64,000 nucleotides of DNA from Leptolyngbyaceae cyanobacterium clean351 (GCA_027451865.1 DAIDHW010000003.1:6891-70890), one strand, 5' to 3'. Counted from the stretch's first letter, positions 47,185 to 60,527 are shown. Notes: a model not told the origin generated them from the sequence alone. Numbers and translations: made by a program.

Positions 47185-47625
47185 GTGATTTTCATCACCC
47201 TCAGTGGCAACAAGTTACCTTTTAACCGGGTAGGTGCCTGGATTATTGCCCTGATCCGCCAGGGGTTTCTTAACCCTGAAGAGGAGGAAATAGCCTTCTG
47301 CGCTCCCCCTCCCACTATCCCCCCAGAGGGAGTTTTAGTGTATCAAAGCTTCGACGAGGGCCAACAGGAAAAGATGATCACTAAAGCCCGGATCGTTATC
47401 ACCGATTGTCACCCGCCCCTGATGACTCTAGCTACAAGACTAGCAAAGACAGTAATTTTCATCCCCCGGGCCGAGCAACTCCAGGAGAACCACGACCAGC
47501 ACCAGGTGATGACTGCCCTGGAACTAATGAAACAAAATGCCAAGGTGGCCTGGTCCCCAGGGGATCTCGTCCGCATCCTGGCCATCCAGGGAGAAACCCC
47601 CATCAGCAAAGTTATCTACCTATAG
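47185..47625 (+). CDS. Divergent PssE/Cps14G-like glycosyltransferase (GT28 C-terminal-type) subunit
   Basis: IFITLSGNKLPFNR start and FIPR....E..DQHQ motif; lies upstream of a priming sugar transferase. Confidence 0.6.
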   Translation: MIFITLSGNKLPFNRVGAWIIALIRQGFLNPEEEEIAFCAPPPTIPPEGVLVYQSFDEGQQEKMITKARIVITDCHPPLMTLATRLAKTVIFIPRAEQLQENHDQHQVMTALELMKQNAKVAWSPGDLVRILAIQGETPISKVIYL

Positions 47626-47685
47626 AAAGTCCCAGCTGCGCGCTTTTCGCCACCCTTACCCATACTGCTTAACCTTGGCGGGCTC

Positions 47686-49784
<2,099 letters not shown>

Positions 49785-49792
49785 CTAGGAGC

Positions 49793-50038
49793 TTAGCGCT
49801 TTTTCTTGGGAGCAGTTTCGGTTTGTTCGTCGGCCAACATCCCGTACTTGCGCATAAAGCGCTCCACCCGCCCCTCGGTGTCGATGATCTTTTGGGTACC
49901 GGTGTAGAAGGGGTGATTACCAGACCACACGTCCACGTGCAGTTCTGGTTTGGTAGAGCCGACGGTCATCACAACTTCCCCGTTACAGTACACCTTGGCT
50001 TCGGGGTACCACTTGGGATGGATATTAGGCTTTGGCAT
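49793..50038 (-). CDS. rpmE: 50S ribosomal protein L31
   Basis: IHPKWY...DVWSGNHPFYTG. Confidence 0.97.
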   Translation of the reverse strand: MPKPNIHPKWYPEAKVYCNGEVVMTVGSTKPELHVDVWSGNHPFYTGTQKIIDTEGRVERFMRKYGMLADEQTETAPKKKR

Positions 50039-50048
50039 GACAGATCCC

Positions 50049-50486
50049 TTAGGTAGAAATGGGTTGGTAGAGGGCCTGCAGTTCTAACAGCAGGTTCAGA
50101 CACTGGTGGTCACTCATCAGTTGGGGGCTGAAGGCAAAACTGGGAGAGTGCTTGGTGAGCACCCGCTGCACCGGCCCTGAGAGGTTGGTATTCAGGTCCA
50201 CCACTTTCATTCCCCAGTCAGTGAAGTGGCGATGGGTAACCTCAGCACAGTAGATCAACTCAGGGCTGTGGTGCCGGGGGTCTTGGGCGATCCGGTGGTA
50301 GGTAGTACTCAGGCTAGGGCGGTTCCCCTCCAGCAGTTGGAGAAACATCCCGTTGCCGTAGCAGAGCATACCAGTAATACTTGCCGAGGCATTGTTGCGC
50401 TCTGATCTGGTCAAGATGTCCGCCAAGTCAGCGTAGCCCAGGTTGGGGATGGCCTGGCTAGCGTACACAAGCCGATAAAGGGTCAT
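50049..50486 (-). CDS. BLUF-domain blue-light photoreceptor (PixD/BlrB-like short BLUF)
   Basis: LYRLVYAS, RNN...ITGML, FLQLLEG, I..DPRH and FTDWGM; ATG 50486. Confidence 0.92.
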   Translation of the reverse strand: MTLYRLVYASQAIPNLGYADLADILTRSERNNASASITGMLCYGNGMFLQLLEGNRPSLSTTYHRIAQDPRHHSPELIYCAEVTHRHFTDWGMKVVDLNTNLSGPVQRVLTKHSPSFAFSPQLMSDHQCLNLLLELQALYQPIST

Positions 50487-50535
50487 GGCCGGGATTTGAG
50501 GTGCTCCTTGTATTGTAAGGGCCCGAGGCTCTAAC

Positions 50536-50952
50536 CTAGCGCTTGGAGTACTGGGGAGCCTTACGGGCTTTGCGCAATCCGTACTTGCGCCGTTCCTTGG
50601 CCCGGGGGTCACGGGTAAGGTAGCCTTCTGCCTTCAGGGGACGACGGTTATCGGGACTAAGCTCGCATAGGGCCCGGGCTACTCCGAGACGGATGGCATC
50701 CGCCTGACCAGTGAGGCCGCCGCCCCGGGCGTTCACTAGGATATCGTACTCAGCCTCCATGCCCAGAACTTCCAGGGGGGCCTTAGCAAGGGACAGGTAG
50801 GCAGGGTTGAACTGTAGGTAAAGATCCCCAGGGTGACCGTTGACCACGAGTTTACCAGTACCAGGGACGAGACGCACCCGGGCCACGGCTGCCTTGCGTC
50901 GACCGGTCCCCCAGTAGACGACCCGGTCTGACTTAGTTACAACGGTGGTCAT
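50536..50952 (-). CDS. rpsI: 30S ribosomal protein S9
   Basis: GTGRRK, GGGLTGQ and APQYSKR. Confidence 0.98.
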   Translation of the reverse strand: MTTVVTKSDRVVYWGTGRRKAAVARVRLVPGTGKLVVNGHPGDLYLQFNPAYLSLAKAPLEVLGMEAEYDILVNARGGGLTGQADAIRLGVARALCELSPDNRRPLKAEGYLTRDPRAKERRKYGLRKARKAPQYSKR

Positions 50953-51407
50953 GACTGATCTCCAGGGATGGTTTGTAGTTTGAGCACGGCGGGCTGCTGG
51001 GCAGCGTGGGGATGGTTAGGCCCGGCGTAGACCTTGAGCTTAGTGAATAGCTGCCGACCGAGGCTATTTTTGGGGAGCATACCCTGAATAGCGTGCTCAA
51101 CAATCCGCTCCGGCAGGCGGGCTTGCAGTTTGGCAAAAGTCTCTGTCTTCATCCCGCCCGGGCGGCCGGAGTGGCGGCGGTAGATCTTCTGGGTGCGCTT
51201 TTTACCGGTGACAGCAATCTTTTCAGCATTGATGATGACTACGAAGTCCCCAGTATCTAGGTGGGGAGTGTAGGTGGGCTTGTGCTTGCCCCGTAGGATC
51301 ATAGCCACCGCAGTGGCCAGGCGGCCGAGGCGCTGGTCTGTGGCGTCAACCACGTACCACTCCTGCTTCAAGTCCCCCTGGGGGGGGAGATAGGTTTTTT
51401 GAGTCAT
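50949..51407 (-). CDS. rplM: 50S ribosomal protein L13
   Basis: WYVVDA..LGRLA and [10 protein letters not shown]. Confidence 0.98.
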   Translation of the reverse strand: MTQKTYLPPQGDLKQEWYVVDATDQRLGRLATAVAMILRGKHKPTYTPHLDTGDFVVIINAEKIAVTGKKRTQKIYRRHSGRPGGMKTETFAKLQARLPERIVEHAIQGMLPKNSLGRQLFTKLKVYAGPNHPHAAQQPAVLKLQTIPGDQS

Positions 51408-51416
51408 AGTTGGGGG

Positions 51417-52262
51417 TTAGGACAGAGAAATTAAGGTATCGGACTGAGAGAGGGACAACCGGGGCAGAGCATCAAACCAAACGGACAAGGGAAACAGGGG
51501 TTCGGGATAGCCAACCCGCAGCAGGCACAGACCATGGGCGGGGGCGGCGTACTTTACCTCTGAGCGGCACTCTTGAGCCCACAGGGTGGTAAATTCCTCG
51601 GGGGTGCGCAGACCGCGGCCCACCTGAACTAACAGACCCACTAAGAGGCGCATCATCCCGTACAGAAAGCCACTGGCCTGGACCTCAATGTCTACAAAAC
51701 AGCCCCGGCGCTGGCACACCACCTCCTGAACCTCTACCCAGGAATGGGGCCGGGCTGACCCGGCGCGCCGGAAGGCACTCAGGTGGCGCCGGCCCACTAG
51801 GGGCTGGAGTGCTGAGTACATCAGTTCGGTCTCCAGGGGGACGTAGTAGTGCCAAGCTAAGGGGCCGACAAACAGGTTAGGCACCGGATCGGTGTAGAGG
51901 GTGTACCGATAACGGCGCCACAGGGCCGAGAAGCGGGCATGCCAGGTGGCAGGTACGGCCGCTGAACCCCGCACCAAGATATCACCAGGTAAGTGGTTGT
52001 TGAGCACATCCCCCCAGCGATGGGCCGGAATCGGGCTGACGGCATCAAAGTGCACCACCTGAGCCGCCGCATGGACTCCCGAGTCTGTCCGCCCGGCGGC
52101 GTGAACCGTAACTGGCTGCCCTAGGACCTTTGCCAAGGCCTGCTCTAGCTCCGCCTGCACGGTCCGCTGCCGGGGCTGACGCTGCCAGCCGTGAAAGGCG
52201 GTGCCCAGGTATTGCACAACTAGGGCAATCCGTTGACGGGGGGCTAGGGAAGACATGGACAT
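51417..52262 (-). CDS. truA: tRNA pseudouridine(38-40) synthase
   Basis: FHGWQRQ, AGRTDSGVHA and GFLYGMMR. Confidence 0.96.
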   Translation of the reverse strand: MSMSSLAPRQRIALVVQYLGTAFHGWQRQPRQRTVQAELEQALAKVLGQPVTVHAAGRTDSGVHAAAQVVHFDAVSPIPAHRWGDVLNNHLPGDILVRGSAAVPATWHARFSALWRRYRYTLYTDPVPNLFVGPLAWHYYVPLETELMYSALQPLVGRRHLSAFRRAGSARPHSWVEVQEVVCQRRGCFVDIEVQASGFLYGMMRLLVGLLVQVGRGLRTPEEFTTLWAQECRSEVKYAAPAHGLCLLRVGYPEPLFPLSVWFDALPRLSLSQSDTLISLS

Positions 52263-52268
52263 GCGGCC

Positions 52269-52619
52269 TCAGGTTAATTCCAGGATAGCCATGACGGCGT
52301 TATCGCCCCGTCGACTGACCGTGTGGAGGATCCGGGTGTATCCCCCCTTGCGGTCCCCGTAGCGGGGAGCGGCATCTTTAAACAAAGACTGGACTAGGTC
52401 GGGGTCGTAGAGGTAGCCAAGGGCTTGACGGCGGGCCGCTAGGGTCCCTTCCTTGGCCAGGGTAATCATCCGTTCTGCCTCACAGCGGACGGCTTTGGCC
52501 CGGGGTAGGGTAGTGGTAATGCGGCCGTGGCGGATTAGTTCAGTGGTTAAGGCTCGCAGCAGGGCGCGGCGCTGGTCAGCAGGTTTACTTAATTGGGGGA
52601 CGCGACAACGATGACGCAT
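52269..52619 (-). CDS. rplQ: 50S ribosomal protein L17
   Basis: MRHR...ITTT..RAK...GGYTRI...RRGDNA. Confidence 0.98.
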   Translation of the reverse strand: MRHRCRVPQLSKPADQRRALLRALTTELIRHGRITTTLPRAKAVRCEAERMITLAKEGTLAARRQALGYLYDPDLVQSLFKDAAPRYGDRKGGYTRILHTVSRRGDNAVMAILELT

Positions 52620-52641
52620 GGGAGGAGGTTAGGTGAGGGGA

Positions 52642-53592
52642 CTAGGGGGCAGGACTGGTGGGGCGCTCCTGGGAGAGGGTAATCCCCAGGTGCTTGTGCA
52701 GAGCCTCCACGACTTCTTCGGCCGACTTAAGGCCAAAGTTCTTGATCTCGAGGAGGTCCTCCTGGGTGTACTCCAGGAGATCGGCAACCGAGTTGATCTG
52801 CGCTCGCTTGAGACAGTTGTAGGCGCGGACAGACAACTGTAACTCTTCAATGGGAATTTGGCTGGTGGGGTCGCTGGTGTAGTCTAGGTCTTCCCGCAGG
52901 GTCTCAAAGGTGACGTTGCGCAGCGGAGTAAACAGATCAACTAGGATATTGGCCGCCTCGCTGAGGGCTTCCTGGGGGGAAAGGCTACCGTTAGTCCATA
53001 TCTCTAAGGTCAGCCGGTCCATCTCCCCTTCTGGGCTGCTGTGGAGACTTTCAACGCTATAGTTAACCTTGCGCACCGGCATGAACACAGCGTCAATTTC
53101 CAAAAAGTCTAGACCCATGGCCTCTTCGCGGGTCCGGTCTATGCTCCGATAGCCCCGACCGGTTTCTACCCGAAACTCCATCTCTAGCACTGCGTTGGGG
53201 CTAAGGGTAGCAATGTAGTGGTCACCATTGACAAGCTCGACTTCCGAGGGCAGGTCAAAGTCAGCGGCGGTGACTGTAGCTGGTCCCTGGACTCGGAGGC
53301 GACCAATTTGGGGTTGGTTGCCGTAGGAACGTAAGACTGTCTCCTTCAGGTTCAGGAGGATATCGAGCACATCCTCTCGGACCCCCGGTACCGTAGAGAA
53401 TTCGTGGTTAACTCCGGCAATCCGTACCGCGGTGATAGCAGACCCCTCGAGGTTGGCCAGTAAAACCCGCCGCAGGGCATTGCCTACGGTCGTACCCTGA
53501 CCCCGCTCAAGGGGTTCGAGCACGAACCTACCGTACTGTCCCTGGTCTTGGTCTGTTTTTGATTCAATGCACTGGACTTGAAATGACGCCAC
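52642..53592 (-). CDS. rpoA: RNA polymerase alpha subunit
   Basis: EPLERGQGTTVGNALRR and LSVRAYNCLKRA. Confidence 0.98.
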   Translation of the reverse strand: MASFQVQCIESKTDQDQGQYGRFVLEPLERGQGTTVGNALRRVLLANLEGSAITAVRIAGVNHEFSTVPGVREDVLDILLNLKETVLRSYGNQPQIGRLRVQGPATVTAADFDLPSEVELVNGDHYIATLSPNAVLEMEFRVETGRGYRSIDRTREEAMGLDFLEIDAVFMPVRKVNYSVESLHSSPEGEMDRLTLEIWTNGSLSPQEALSEAANILVDLFTPLRNVTFETLREDLDYTSDPTSQIPIEELQLSVRAYNCLKRAQINSVADLLEYTQEDLLEIKNFGLKSAEEVVEALHKHLGITLSQERPTSPAP

Positions 53593-53654
53593 CGACTAAC
53601 CTCCCTGGGCTCAAATGGTCAAGAATCTCCCCTAAATGCTGGCTACCGGGCAGA

Positions 53655-54050
53655 CTAGACCCGCCGGCGCTTGGGAGGCCGACAGCCATTGTGGGGAACT
53701 GGGGTGACATCTCGGATCAGGGTGATTTCTAAACCAGCCCCCTGAAGGGCCCGGATAGCTGTCTCTCGCCCGGATCCGGGGCCACTTACCATCACTTCAA
53801 CCTGTTTCATTCCCTGGTCGATGGCCCGGCGAGCAGCATTCTCCGAGGCAGTCTGGGCGGCGTAGGGAGTGCCCTTCTTTGCCCCCTTGAAACCACTCGA
53901 CCCGGCAGAGGCCCAGGAAATCACCTCGCCAGTCGTATCGGTGATGGTGACAATGGTGTTATTGAAGGTGGACTGGATAAAGGCGGTACCACTAGGAACG
54001 TTGCGCTTTTGTTTGCGGGGTCCGGTTTTACGGACAGGTTGTCGGGCCAT
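53655..54050 (-). CDS. rpsK: 30S ribosomal protein S11
   Basis: STFNNTIV and [13 protein letters not shown]. Confidence 0.98.
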   Translation of the reverse strand: MARQPVRKTGPRKQKRNVPSGTAFIQSTFNNTIVTITDTTGEVISWASAGSSGFKGAKKGTPYAAQTASENAARRAIDQGMKQVEVMVSGPGSGRETAIRALQGAGLEITLIRDVTPVPHNGCRPPKRRRV

Positions 54051-54083
54051 GGTGTTTGTCTAGGGGTAAAGAACAGGGGGGGA

Positions 54084-54467
54084 CTACTTCTTACTGGGAG
54101 CTTTCTTCTTCCCGGCTACGGTCCGCCGACCACCCCGGCGGGTGCGGGCATTGGTACGGGTCCGCTGACCGCGCACCGGCAGCCCAAGCCGGTGACGGCG
54201 ACCGCGGTAGGTGCCTATATCCATGAGCCGCTTGATGGACATAGCCTCTAATCGCCGTAGGTCCCCCTCTACCTGGTAGTTGCTCTCAATTGCCTGGCGC
54301 AAGAGGGCCACTTCTGGGTCGGTTAGGTCCTTGATGCGGGTGTCGGGATTCACCCCTGTTTCCTGTAGAATCTCCTTGGACCGGGTCAGGCCAATCCCGT
54401 AAATGTAGGTCAGACCAATTTCCACCCGCTTGCTACGGGGTAGGTCCACTCCGGCAATCCGTGCCAC
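54084..54467 (-). CDS. rpsM: 30S ribosomal protein S13
   Basis: [10 protein letters not shown] and [13 protein letters not shown]. Confidence 0.98.
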   Translation of the reverse strand: MARIAGVDLPRSKRVEIGLTYIYGIGLTRSKEILQETGVNPDTRIKDLTDPEVALLRQAIESNYQVEGDLRRLEAMSIKRLMDIGTYRGRRHRLGLPVRGQRTRTNARTRRGGRRTVAGKKKAPSKK

Positions 54468-54502
54468 GCTTGTTTCTCCCTAAGTTCAATATTGCTTTTC
54501 GT

Positions 54503-54616
54503 TTAGCCTTGGCGTTGCTTATGTTTGGGGTTAGCGCAGATCACTACTACCCGGCCCCGCCGTCGCACCAAGCGACACTTTTCGCAGATTTTTCGCACTG
54601 AAGCTCGGACTTTCAT
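54503..54616 (-). CDS. rpmJ: 50S ribosomal protein L36 (not in ORF track)
   Basis: Manual translation gives [37 protein letters not shown]. Confidence 0.97.
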   Translation of the reverse strand: MKVRASVRKICEKCRLVRRRGRVVVICANPKHKQRQG

Positions 54617-54676
54617 GGGGCCTACTTAATTCACTACAAACCTGATATTATACCAAAGTACAAAGAGTAAATCAAA

Positions 54677-54910
54677 TCACTTACCGCTTTTGTTACGCAG
54701 CCGATAGGTGATTCGCCCCTTGGACAGGTCGTAGGGGGTCAGCTCCACCTTTACCCGGTCACCCGGGAGGATCTTGATGTAATTGCGACGGATCTTGCCA
54801 GAAATGTGGGCCAGGACGTTGAACCCGTTGTCAAGATCAACGCGAAACATGGCATTAGGCAGGGACTCAGTAACCGTCCCTTCCATTTCTATCAGGTCTT
54901 GTTTGGACAA
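54677..54910 (-). CDS. infA: Translation initiation factor IF-1
   Basis: [18 protein letters not shown] and ELTPYDL; TTG start. Confidence 0.98.
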   Translation of the reverse strand: MSKQDLIEMEGTVTESLPNAMFRVDLDNGFNVLAHISGKIRRNYIKILPGDRVKVELTPYDLSKGRITYRLRNKSGK

Positions 54911-54919
54911 AGATACTCC

Positions 54920-55501
54920 TTAGGGGGTAGAGGGGACGCTCAGGCCGGCGGCACTCAGGGCCGTAAGCAGAGACTGGGTGACTAGGTCGAGCTCTTGGTC
55001 ACCATTTACTTCCAGCAGATGGTGCCGCTGCTGATAGAAGTCGATCAACGGCGCGGTTTGGTCACGATAAACCTGCAATCGATGGCGAATTACTGGTTCA
55101 GTGTCATCACGCCGACCCCGACTGAGCAGCCGCCCCACCAAGGTTTCATCCCCTACTTCTAGGTTTAAGGCCCGGTCGTAGGGCTGACCAAGCAGGGACA
55201 ACAGGGTATCCAGGTAGACCGCCTGGGGCAGGGTACGGGGGTAGCCATCTAGAAGCCAGCCGGACTGGGTGTCGGGCTGCCGCAGTCGCTCTTCAATCAT
55301 GGCTTCTAGGAGTTGGTCTGGCACCAAAGCACCCCGGTCCATGTAATCCTGGGCCTGGACGCCAAGGGCAGTTTTTTGCGCGACAGCGTGGCGGAGAATA
55401 TCCCCCGTGGAAATGTGGGGAATCCCCAGGCGAGCGGCAACAATTTGGGCTTGGGTGCCCTTGCCCGCCCCGGGGGGACCAAGAAAAATTAGCCGAGCCA
55501 C
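54920..55501 (-). CDS. adk: Adenylate kinase
   Basis: GPPGAGKGTQ, STGDILR and LDGYPRT. Confidence 0.97.
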   Translation of the reverse strand: MARLIFLGPPGAGKGTQAQIVAARLGIPHISTGDILRHAVAQKTALGVQAQDYMDRGALVPDQLLEAMIEERLRQPDTQSGWLLDGYPRTLPQAVYLDTLLSLLGQPYDRALNLEVGDETLVGRLLSRGRRDDTEPVIRHRLQVYRDQTAPLIDFYQQRHHLLEVNGDQELDLVTQSLLTALSAAGLSVPSTP

Positions 55502-56820
55502 TATTGTTTCACCATGCCTTCGTAGCGCTGGGATATGACGTAGGTCTGAATCTGGCGGGCGGTATCGATGGCCACCCCCACCAGGATCAGCAGGGAAGTA
55601 GCCCCAATCCCCTGGAAGGTGCGTATCTGGGTGGCACTCTCTACCGCCGTGGGAATGACCGCCACTAGTCCTAGGAACACTGCCCCGAGGAGAGTAAGGC
55701 GGTTGATCACCTTCTCGACGTACTCACTAGTAGCCCGGCCCGGCCGGATGCCGGGAATACTAGAGCCCATCTTTTTCAGGTTCTGCGCTAGATCCACTGG
55801 GTTAACGATCAAGGTGGCGTAGAAGTAGCTGAAAAACAGGATCAAGAACAAGTAGAAGCACACGTAGACCGCTGGGGCCGGGCCATCAGGGCTGAGGTAC
55901 TGGGCAATCTGGATGAGAAAAGGGTTATTGGTAAACTGAGCCATGGAGGCGGGCAGGACTAAAACCGCCGAGGCAAAAATGATTGGCATAACCCCTCCCT
56001 GGTTCAGGCGCAGGGGCAGGTAATTGCTCTTCTCCAGGTAGACCCGGCGGCCCACCTGCCGGCGAGCGGTGACAATGGGGATCCGCCGAGTCCCTTCCTG
56101 GACAAACACAATCCCCACGATCATGGCCAGAAATACCACCAGCAGCAGGATTACTCCCCCCACAAAAGTGCGACTGTCGGAGGACTGGGCTTGCTGAATG
56201 GTTTGGCCTAGGGACTGGGGCAGACGAGAAACCACGTTCACAAAGATCAGCAGCGAGGCCCCGTTCCCTAGGCCCCGCTCGGTGATCAGCTCGGAAATCC
56301 ACATGACAAACATGGACCCGGCGGTAATAGCGATCACGGTTTCGAGGATGAAGGGAATACTCGCCGGCTGAGGGATGGCGTAGGGGCGGATCCAGAACAA
56401 AGTTATAAAAGTCCCCTGGATGACTGACCAACCGAGGGCCACGTAGCGAGTGATCTGGGCAATCTTACGTCGGCCAGCCTCCCCTTCATTTTTCTGGAGG
56501 TTTTCCAGGGCCGGGATGGCACTGGTGAGTAACTGCAGAATAATCGAGGCGTTGATATAGGGTAAAATCCCCAGGGCGAACACTCCCAAGTACAGCAGCC
56601 CTCCCCCGGAGAAGATATCCAAGAAGCCGATCACGGGGCTGTTTTGGAAGTCTTGCGCAAAGCGAGCCCGGTCAATGTTGGGGATAGGGATAAAAATTCC
56701 CATCCGCACGAGAATCAGCATGCCCACCGTCAGCAGCAGTCGGCCGCGCAGGCCAGCCGCTTGGGCCATCTGGGCGAAGGTTTCTTGGGCGGTGGGGGTC
56801 TTACTGCGACTGTCGACCAT
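55501..56820 (-). CDS. secY: Preprotein translocase SecY
   Basis: FALGILPYINASII, GLGNGASL, GVMPIIFAS and IPGIRPG. Confidence 0.98.
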   Translation of the reverse strand: MVDSRSKTPTAQETFAQMAQAAGLRGRLLLTVGMLILVRMGIFIPIPNIDRARFAQDFQNSPVIGFLDIFSGGGLLYLGVFALGILPYINASIILQLLTSAIPALENLQKNEGEAGRRKIAQITRYVALGWSVIQGTFITLFWIRPYAIPQPASIPFILETVIAITAGSMFVMWISELITERGLGNGASLLIFVNVVSRLPQSLGQTIQQAQSSDSRTFVGGVILLLVVFLAMIVGIVFVQEGTRRIPIVTARRQVGRRVYLEKSNYLPLRLNQGGVMPIIFASAVLVLPASMAQFTNNPFLIQIAQYLSPDGPAPAVYVCFYLFLILFFSYFYATLIVNPVDLAQNLKKMGSSIPGIRPGRATSEYVEKVINRLTLLGAVFLGLVAVIPTAVESATQIRTFQGIGATSLLILVGVAIDTARQIQTYVISQRYEGMVKQ

Positions 56821-56829
56821 GGGGGTTCC

Positions 56830-57285
56830 TCAGCTCTTGGGGTTAATATCCTCGCACTGGCCACCAGCCCCAGTAATTTTGGCGCGGGCGGAGGCGGTAA
56901 AAGCTGCAGCTTTGACTCGCAAAGACACGGTCAAATCCCCATCCCCGAGGACCTTCAGGGGACCCCGAGTACCAGTGATCACTCGGTCGGCCACTAGTTG
57001 CTCTAGGGTGACCTCAGTGCCTGGGGCCAGGTTAGCCAGTTGCCGGACGTTAATGGTAGTGTAACTCTGGCGATTGACTAAGGGGAAGTGTTTTAGTTTG
57101 GGCAGCCGGCGGTAGAGGGGATTTTGTCCCCCTTCAAAGCCAGGCCGGGGGCCGCTGCCAGCCCGGGCCTTTTGGCCCCGCATACCCAGGCCACCGCTAG
57201 CCCCTTGACCGGCGGAGATCCCCCGGCCCAGACGGCGGCGGCGATGTTTGGAACCCGCTTGGGGTCTAGCATCCTTCAGTCGCAT
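56830..57285 (-). CDS. rplO: 50S ribosomal protein L15
   Basis: GRGISAG.G and GFEGGQ.PL.RRLPK. Confidence 0.97.
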   Translation of the reverse strand: MRLKDARPQAGSKHRRRRLGRGISAGQGASGGLGMRGQKARAGSGPRPGFEGGQNPLYRRLPKLKHFPLVNRQSYTTINVRQLANLAPGTEVTLEQLVADRVITGTRGPLKVLGDGDLTVSLRVKAAAFTASARAKITGAGGQCEDINPKS

Positions 57286-57293
57286 GGTGGTAC

Positions 57294-57815
57294 TCAGATG
57301 TATAGGTTTTCAACCGGGATGCCCCGTTCAGCGGCCACATCCACGAAGGTGCGCAGAGAGGCTAGGGCGGTGACAGCCGCTCGGGCGTTATTGAGGGGAT
57401 TACCGGAACCTAGCTGTTTGGCGAGGATGTTGCGCACCCCAGCTAGCTCAAGGACAGTGCGGACCGCCCCCCCTGCAATTACCCCCGTACCGGGAGCGGC
57501 AGGCCGCATCATAACGGCTGCTCCGCCGCCCCGCCCCTGAACTGGATGGGGGATCGAGTTGGCGCGGGTGAGGGGAATATCAATCAGGTGCTTGCGACCA
57601 TCGGCGACCCCCTTTTGGACCGCGCCGATCACGTCGTTGGCCTTGCCAACCCCAACCCCCACTTGGCCCCGTTCGTTGCCGACCACGACAATGGCCCGGA
57701 AGCTCAGCTTCTTACCCCCCTTCACCACCTTGGTGACCCGGCGGATTTGGACTACCCGCTCTTGCCAGTCAGACTCTTTTTCCTTAGTGCGGTTACTCTT
57801 ACGTGCTTTGGCCAT
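57294..57815 (-). CDS. rpsE: 30S ribosomal protein S5
   Basis: [10 protein letters not shown] and [12 protein letters not shown]. Confidence 0.98.
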   Translation of the reverse strand: MAKARKSNRTKEKESDWQERVVQIRRVTKVVKGGKKLSFRAIVVVGNERGQVGVGVGKANDVIGAVQKGVADGRKHLIDIPLTRANSIPHPVQGRGGGAAVMMRPAAPGTGVIAGGAVRTVLELAGVRNILAKQLGSGNPLNNARAAVTALASLRTFVDVAAERGIPVENLYI

Positions 57816-57845
57816 AGATTTAGCTCCAGATAGGGAAAAAAAAAC

Positions 57846-58202
57846 CTAAAACTCCAGGCCGGCGGCCCGAGCAGCTTCTGCCAGGGCTTTGATGCGGCCA
57901 TGGTAGAGGTTGCCGCCCCGGTCAAAGACTACCCGGCTAATTCCCTGGGCCAAAGCCCGCTCAGCCACCAACTTCCCCACTTGGCTAGAGGCGTCACAGG
58001 TAGAGCCGCCCTGGACCCGTAGCTCCTTGTCGAGGCTGGAGGCAGCCACTAGGGTGTGTTGTTGGGTATCGTCGATCACCTGGGCATAGATGTGGGCATG
58101 GGAGCGGAACACCGCTAGACGCGGCCGCTCCGGCGTACCAGACACCCGCAGGCGGATCCGCTGATGGCGCCGTTGAATCGATTCCTGTCGCGTTAGTTTC
58201 AC
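57846..58202 (-). CDS. rplR: 50S ribosomal protein L18
   Basis: [14 protein letters not shown] and FDRGG.LYHGRI. Confidence 0.98.
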   Translation of the reverse strand: MKLTRQESIQRRHQRIRLRVSGTPERPRLAVFRSHAHIYAQVIDDTQQHTLVAASSLDKELRVQGGSTCDASSQVGKLVAERALAQGISRVVFDRGGNLYHGRIKALAEAARAAGLEF

Positions 58203-58759
58203 TTCTTACCTCCCTTGCCACCCTTACCACCGGCCTTACCCACCTTGCGGCGGACCACTTCCCCTTGGTAACGAATGCCTTTGCCTTTATACACTTCCGG
58301 AGGACGCACCGCCCGGATCTGGGCCGCTACGTTTCCGACTACTTCTTTATCAATGCCTGAAACAATCACGTTTGTGTTACCTTCGACCTTAAGTTCAATC
58401 CCCTGGGGAGGATCGATCGGTACAGGAATGCTATAACCCACGTTGAGAATCAGCTTGCGGCCCTGGACCTGGGCCCGGTAGCCGACCCCCTGAATCTCCA
58501 AGCGGCGCTGAAAGCCCTGGGAGACTCCCTCCACCATGTTGGCCACCAGGGTCCGGCACAGACCATGGCGTTGACGGGCTGCCCGGGATTCATCCCGACG
58601 GGTTACATTCAAGACCGACTCGTGCTGCTCTACGAGTACCTCCGGGGGGAGGACCCGCTGCAGTTCCCCGTGGGGCCCCTTGACCTTGACCTCCTGGCCA
58701 GCGATGGCTACGGTCACCCGGGGGGGGATGGGGATGGGACGCTTTCCAATCCGAGACAT
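58199..58759 (-). CDS. rplF: 50S ribosomal protein L6
   Basis: MSRIGKRPI and [13 protein letters not shown]. Confidence 0.98.
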   Translation of the reverse strand: MSRIGKRPIPIPPRVTVAIAGQEVKVKGPHGELQRVLPPEVLVEQHESVLNVTRRDESRAARQRHGLCRTLVANMVEGVSQGFQRRLEIQGVGYRAQVQGRKLILNVGYSIPVPIDPPQGIELKVEGNTNVIVSGIDKEVVGNVAAQIRAVRPPEVYKGKGIRYQGEVVRRKVGKAGGKGGKGGKK

Positions 58760-58796
58760 AGTGTTGCCTTCCTAGATGCTGAAGATGGGGCGGGGG

Positions 58797-59198
58797 TTAC
58801 CAGATGAAGCAGAGGACTTCCCCGCCTAGGCCCTGCTTGCGGGCTTCCCGGTCCGTCATTATCCCCCCGGAGGTGGAAATAATGGCAATCCCAATCCCCC
58901 CGAGGACCCGCGGGAGGTCCTTGTGGTTGGAGTACACTCGCAGGCCAGGCCGGCTGACCCGCTTTAGACTTTGGATCAAGGGCCGTCGTTGCTTGCCAGT
59001 GTACTTGAGAGCTACTACTATCCGGCGCTTAACTCCTTCACCGGTCTCAGTCACCTCACCGATAAAGCCTTCCCGCTGCAGGACTTGGGCAATGCTGCGG
59101 GTCATGCGGGTGGAGGGGATCTCCGTGGTCTGCTGCCGCGCCATGGCCGCATTGCGGATGCGGGTGAGCATATCTGCTATCGTGTCGTTCGCCGCCAT
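58797..59198 (-). CDS. rpsH: 30S ribosomal protein S8
   Basis: [21 protein letters not shown] and GGEVLC. Confidence 0.98.
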   Translation of the reverse strand: MAANDTIADMLTRIRNAAMARQQTTEIPSTRMTRSIAQVLQREGFIGEVTETGEGVKRRIVVALKYTGKQRRPLIQSLKRVSRPGLRVYSNHKDLPRVLGGIGIAIISTSGGIMTDREARKQGLGGEVLCFIW

Positions 59199-59221
59199 TG
59201 TTTCCTCTTTACGCAACTGCC

Positions 59222-59767
59222 TCAGTTTTCCCGGAAGGGCATGCCCATTTCTTTGAGCAGGGCTCGGCCTTCCTCATCCGTCAGGGCGGTGGTGATGATG
59301 GAAATGTCCATCCCCCGTACCTTATCGATGGTGTCGTACTCAATTTCTGGGAAGATAATCTGTTCTCTGACCCCTAGGGTGTAATTACCCCGACCGTCAA
59401 AGCTTTTGGGGCTGACACCGCGAAAGTCCCGGATTCGGGGCAGGGCCAGACTAATCAGGCGGTCAAGAAAGTTATACATGCCGTAGGAGCGTAGGGTAAC
59501 CATCATGCCGACAGGCATGCCCTCGCGGATCTTAAAGCTAGCGATCGCCTTCTTGGCCCTGGTAACTACGGGCTTCTGACCGGTAATCAAGGACAGTTCG
59601 TTGAGGGATGCTTCGAGGGCCTTAGCATTTTGAGCAGCCTCTCCTAACCCCCGGTTCACGGTCACCTTGACCAGCTTGGGCACCTGGTGGATGTTAGTGT
59701 ATTTGAACTGATCCATCAGGCGGGGGATAATTTTTTCTTGGTAGAGGTTTTTGAGTCGGTTTGTCAT
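59222..59767 (-). CDS. rplE: 50S ribosomal protein L5
   Basis: [15 protein letters not shown] and FDGRGNY. Confidence 0.98.
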   Translation of the reverse strand: MTNRLKNLYQEKIIPRLMDQFKYTNIHQVPKLVKVTVNRGLGEAAQNAKALEASLNELSLITGQKPVVTRAKKAIASFKIREGMPVGMMVTLRSYGMYNFLDRLISLALPRIRDFRGVSPKSFDGRGNYTLGVREQIIFPEIEYDTIDKVRGMDISIITTALTDEEGRALLKEMGMPFREN

Positions 59768-59819
59768 GGCAGTGGGCGGTTGGAGTCCCCTGGTCTGGGT
59801 CAGGGCGTGGGTAGGTTAG

Positions 59820-60158
59820 CTAATCGATTATCTCGCCGGTCTTTTTGAGGATACGGACCTTACGGCCTTGGTCGTTGATGGTGTAACCCACCCGGCTGGC
59901 GACCTTTTGCTTGGTAGAGTAGAGCATGACGTTGGAGCTGTGTACCGGGGCTTCAAAGGTGACAATCCGGCCAGACTCCCCCTCCTGTTGGGGCTTGACG
60001 TGCTTGGTGCGTACATTAACCCCCTTAACCACTACCTGGCTATCCTGGGGGATTACCCGCAGCACTTCCCCGACTTTCCCCTTATCAGTACCGGTGATCA
60101 CCTGTACGGTATCACCTTTTTTTACATGCACTGGGCGGGGCCGTTTAACAATCGCCAT
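59820..60158 (-). CDS. rplX: 50S ribosomal protein L24
   Basis: [16 protein letters not shown] and EAPVHSSNV. Confidence 0.98.
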   Translation of the reverse strand: MAIVKRPRPVHVKKGDTVQVITGTDKGKVGEVLRVIPQDSQVVVKGVNVRTKHVKPQQEGESGRIVTFEAPVHSSNVMLYSTKQKVASRVGYTINDQGRKVRILKKTGEIID

Positions 60159-60527
60159 CTAGAGCACCTCCGGGGCCAAGGAAACAATCTTCGTGAAGTT
60201 GCGGTCCCGCAGTTCCCGAGCCACTGGGCCGAATACCCGTGTCCCTCGGGGATTACCGTCGGCATTGATGATCACGGCAGCATTATCGCTAAAGCGGATA
60301 CTCATACCACTGTCCCGGCGCAGGGTCTTGCGGGTGCGTACGATCACGGCCCGCACTACATCAGAACGTTTGACCGCCATATTGGGAATGGCGTCCTTGA
60401 CCACCGCGATGATCACATCCCCGACCCCACCGTAGCGGCGGTTGCCTCCCCCGAGGACTCGGATGCACATCAGCTTGCGGGCACCGCTGTTGTCGGCGAC
60501 GTTTAGGTAGGTCTGCTGCTGGATCAT
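60159..60527 (-). CDS. rplN: 50S ribosomal protein L14
   Basis: [15 protein letters not shown] and SLAPEVL. Confidence 0.98.
   Translation of the reverse strand: MIQQQTYLNVADNSGARKLMCIRVLGGGNRRYGGVGDVIIAVVKDAIPNMAVKRSDVVRAVIVRTRKTLRRDSGMSIRFSDNAAVIINADGNPRGTRVFGPVARELRDRNFTKIVSLAPEVL

Noticed and set aside
54084-59767. Absence of rpsN, rpmD and map from this stretch, and of rpsD from the adjacent alpha cluster
   Set aside because: This is the normal cyanobacterial arrangement.
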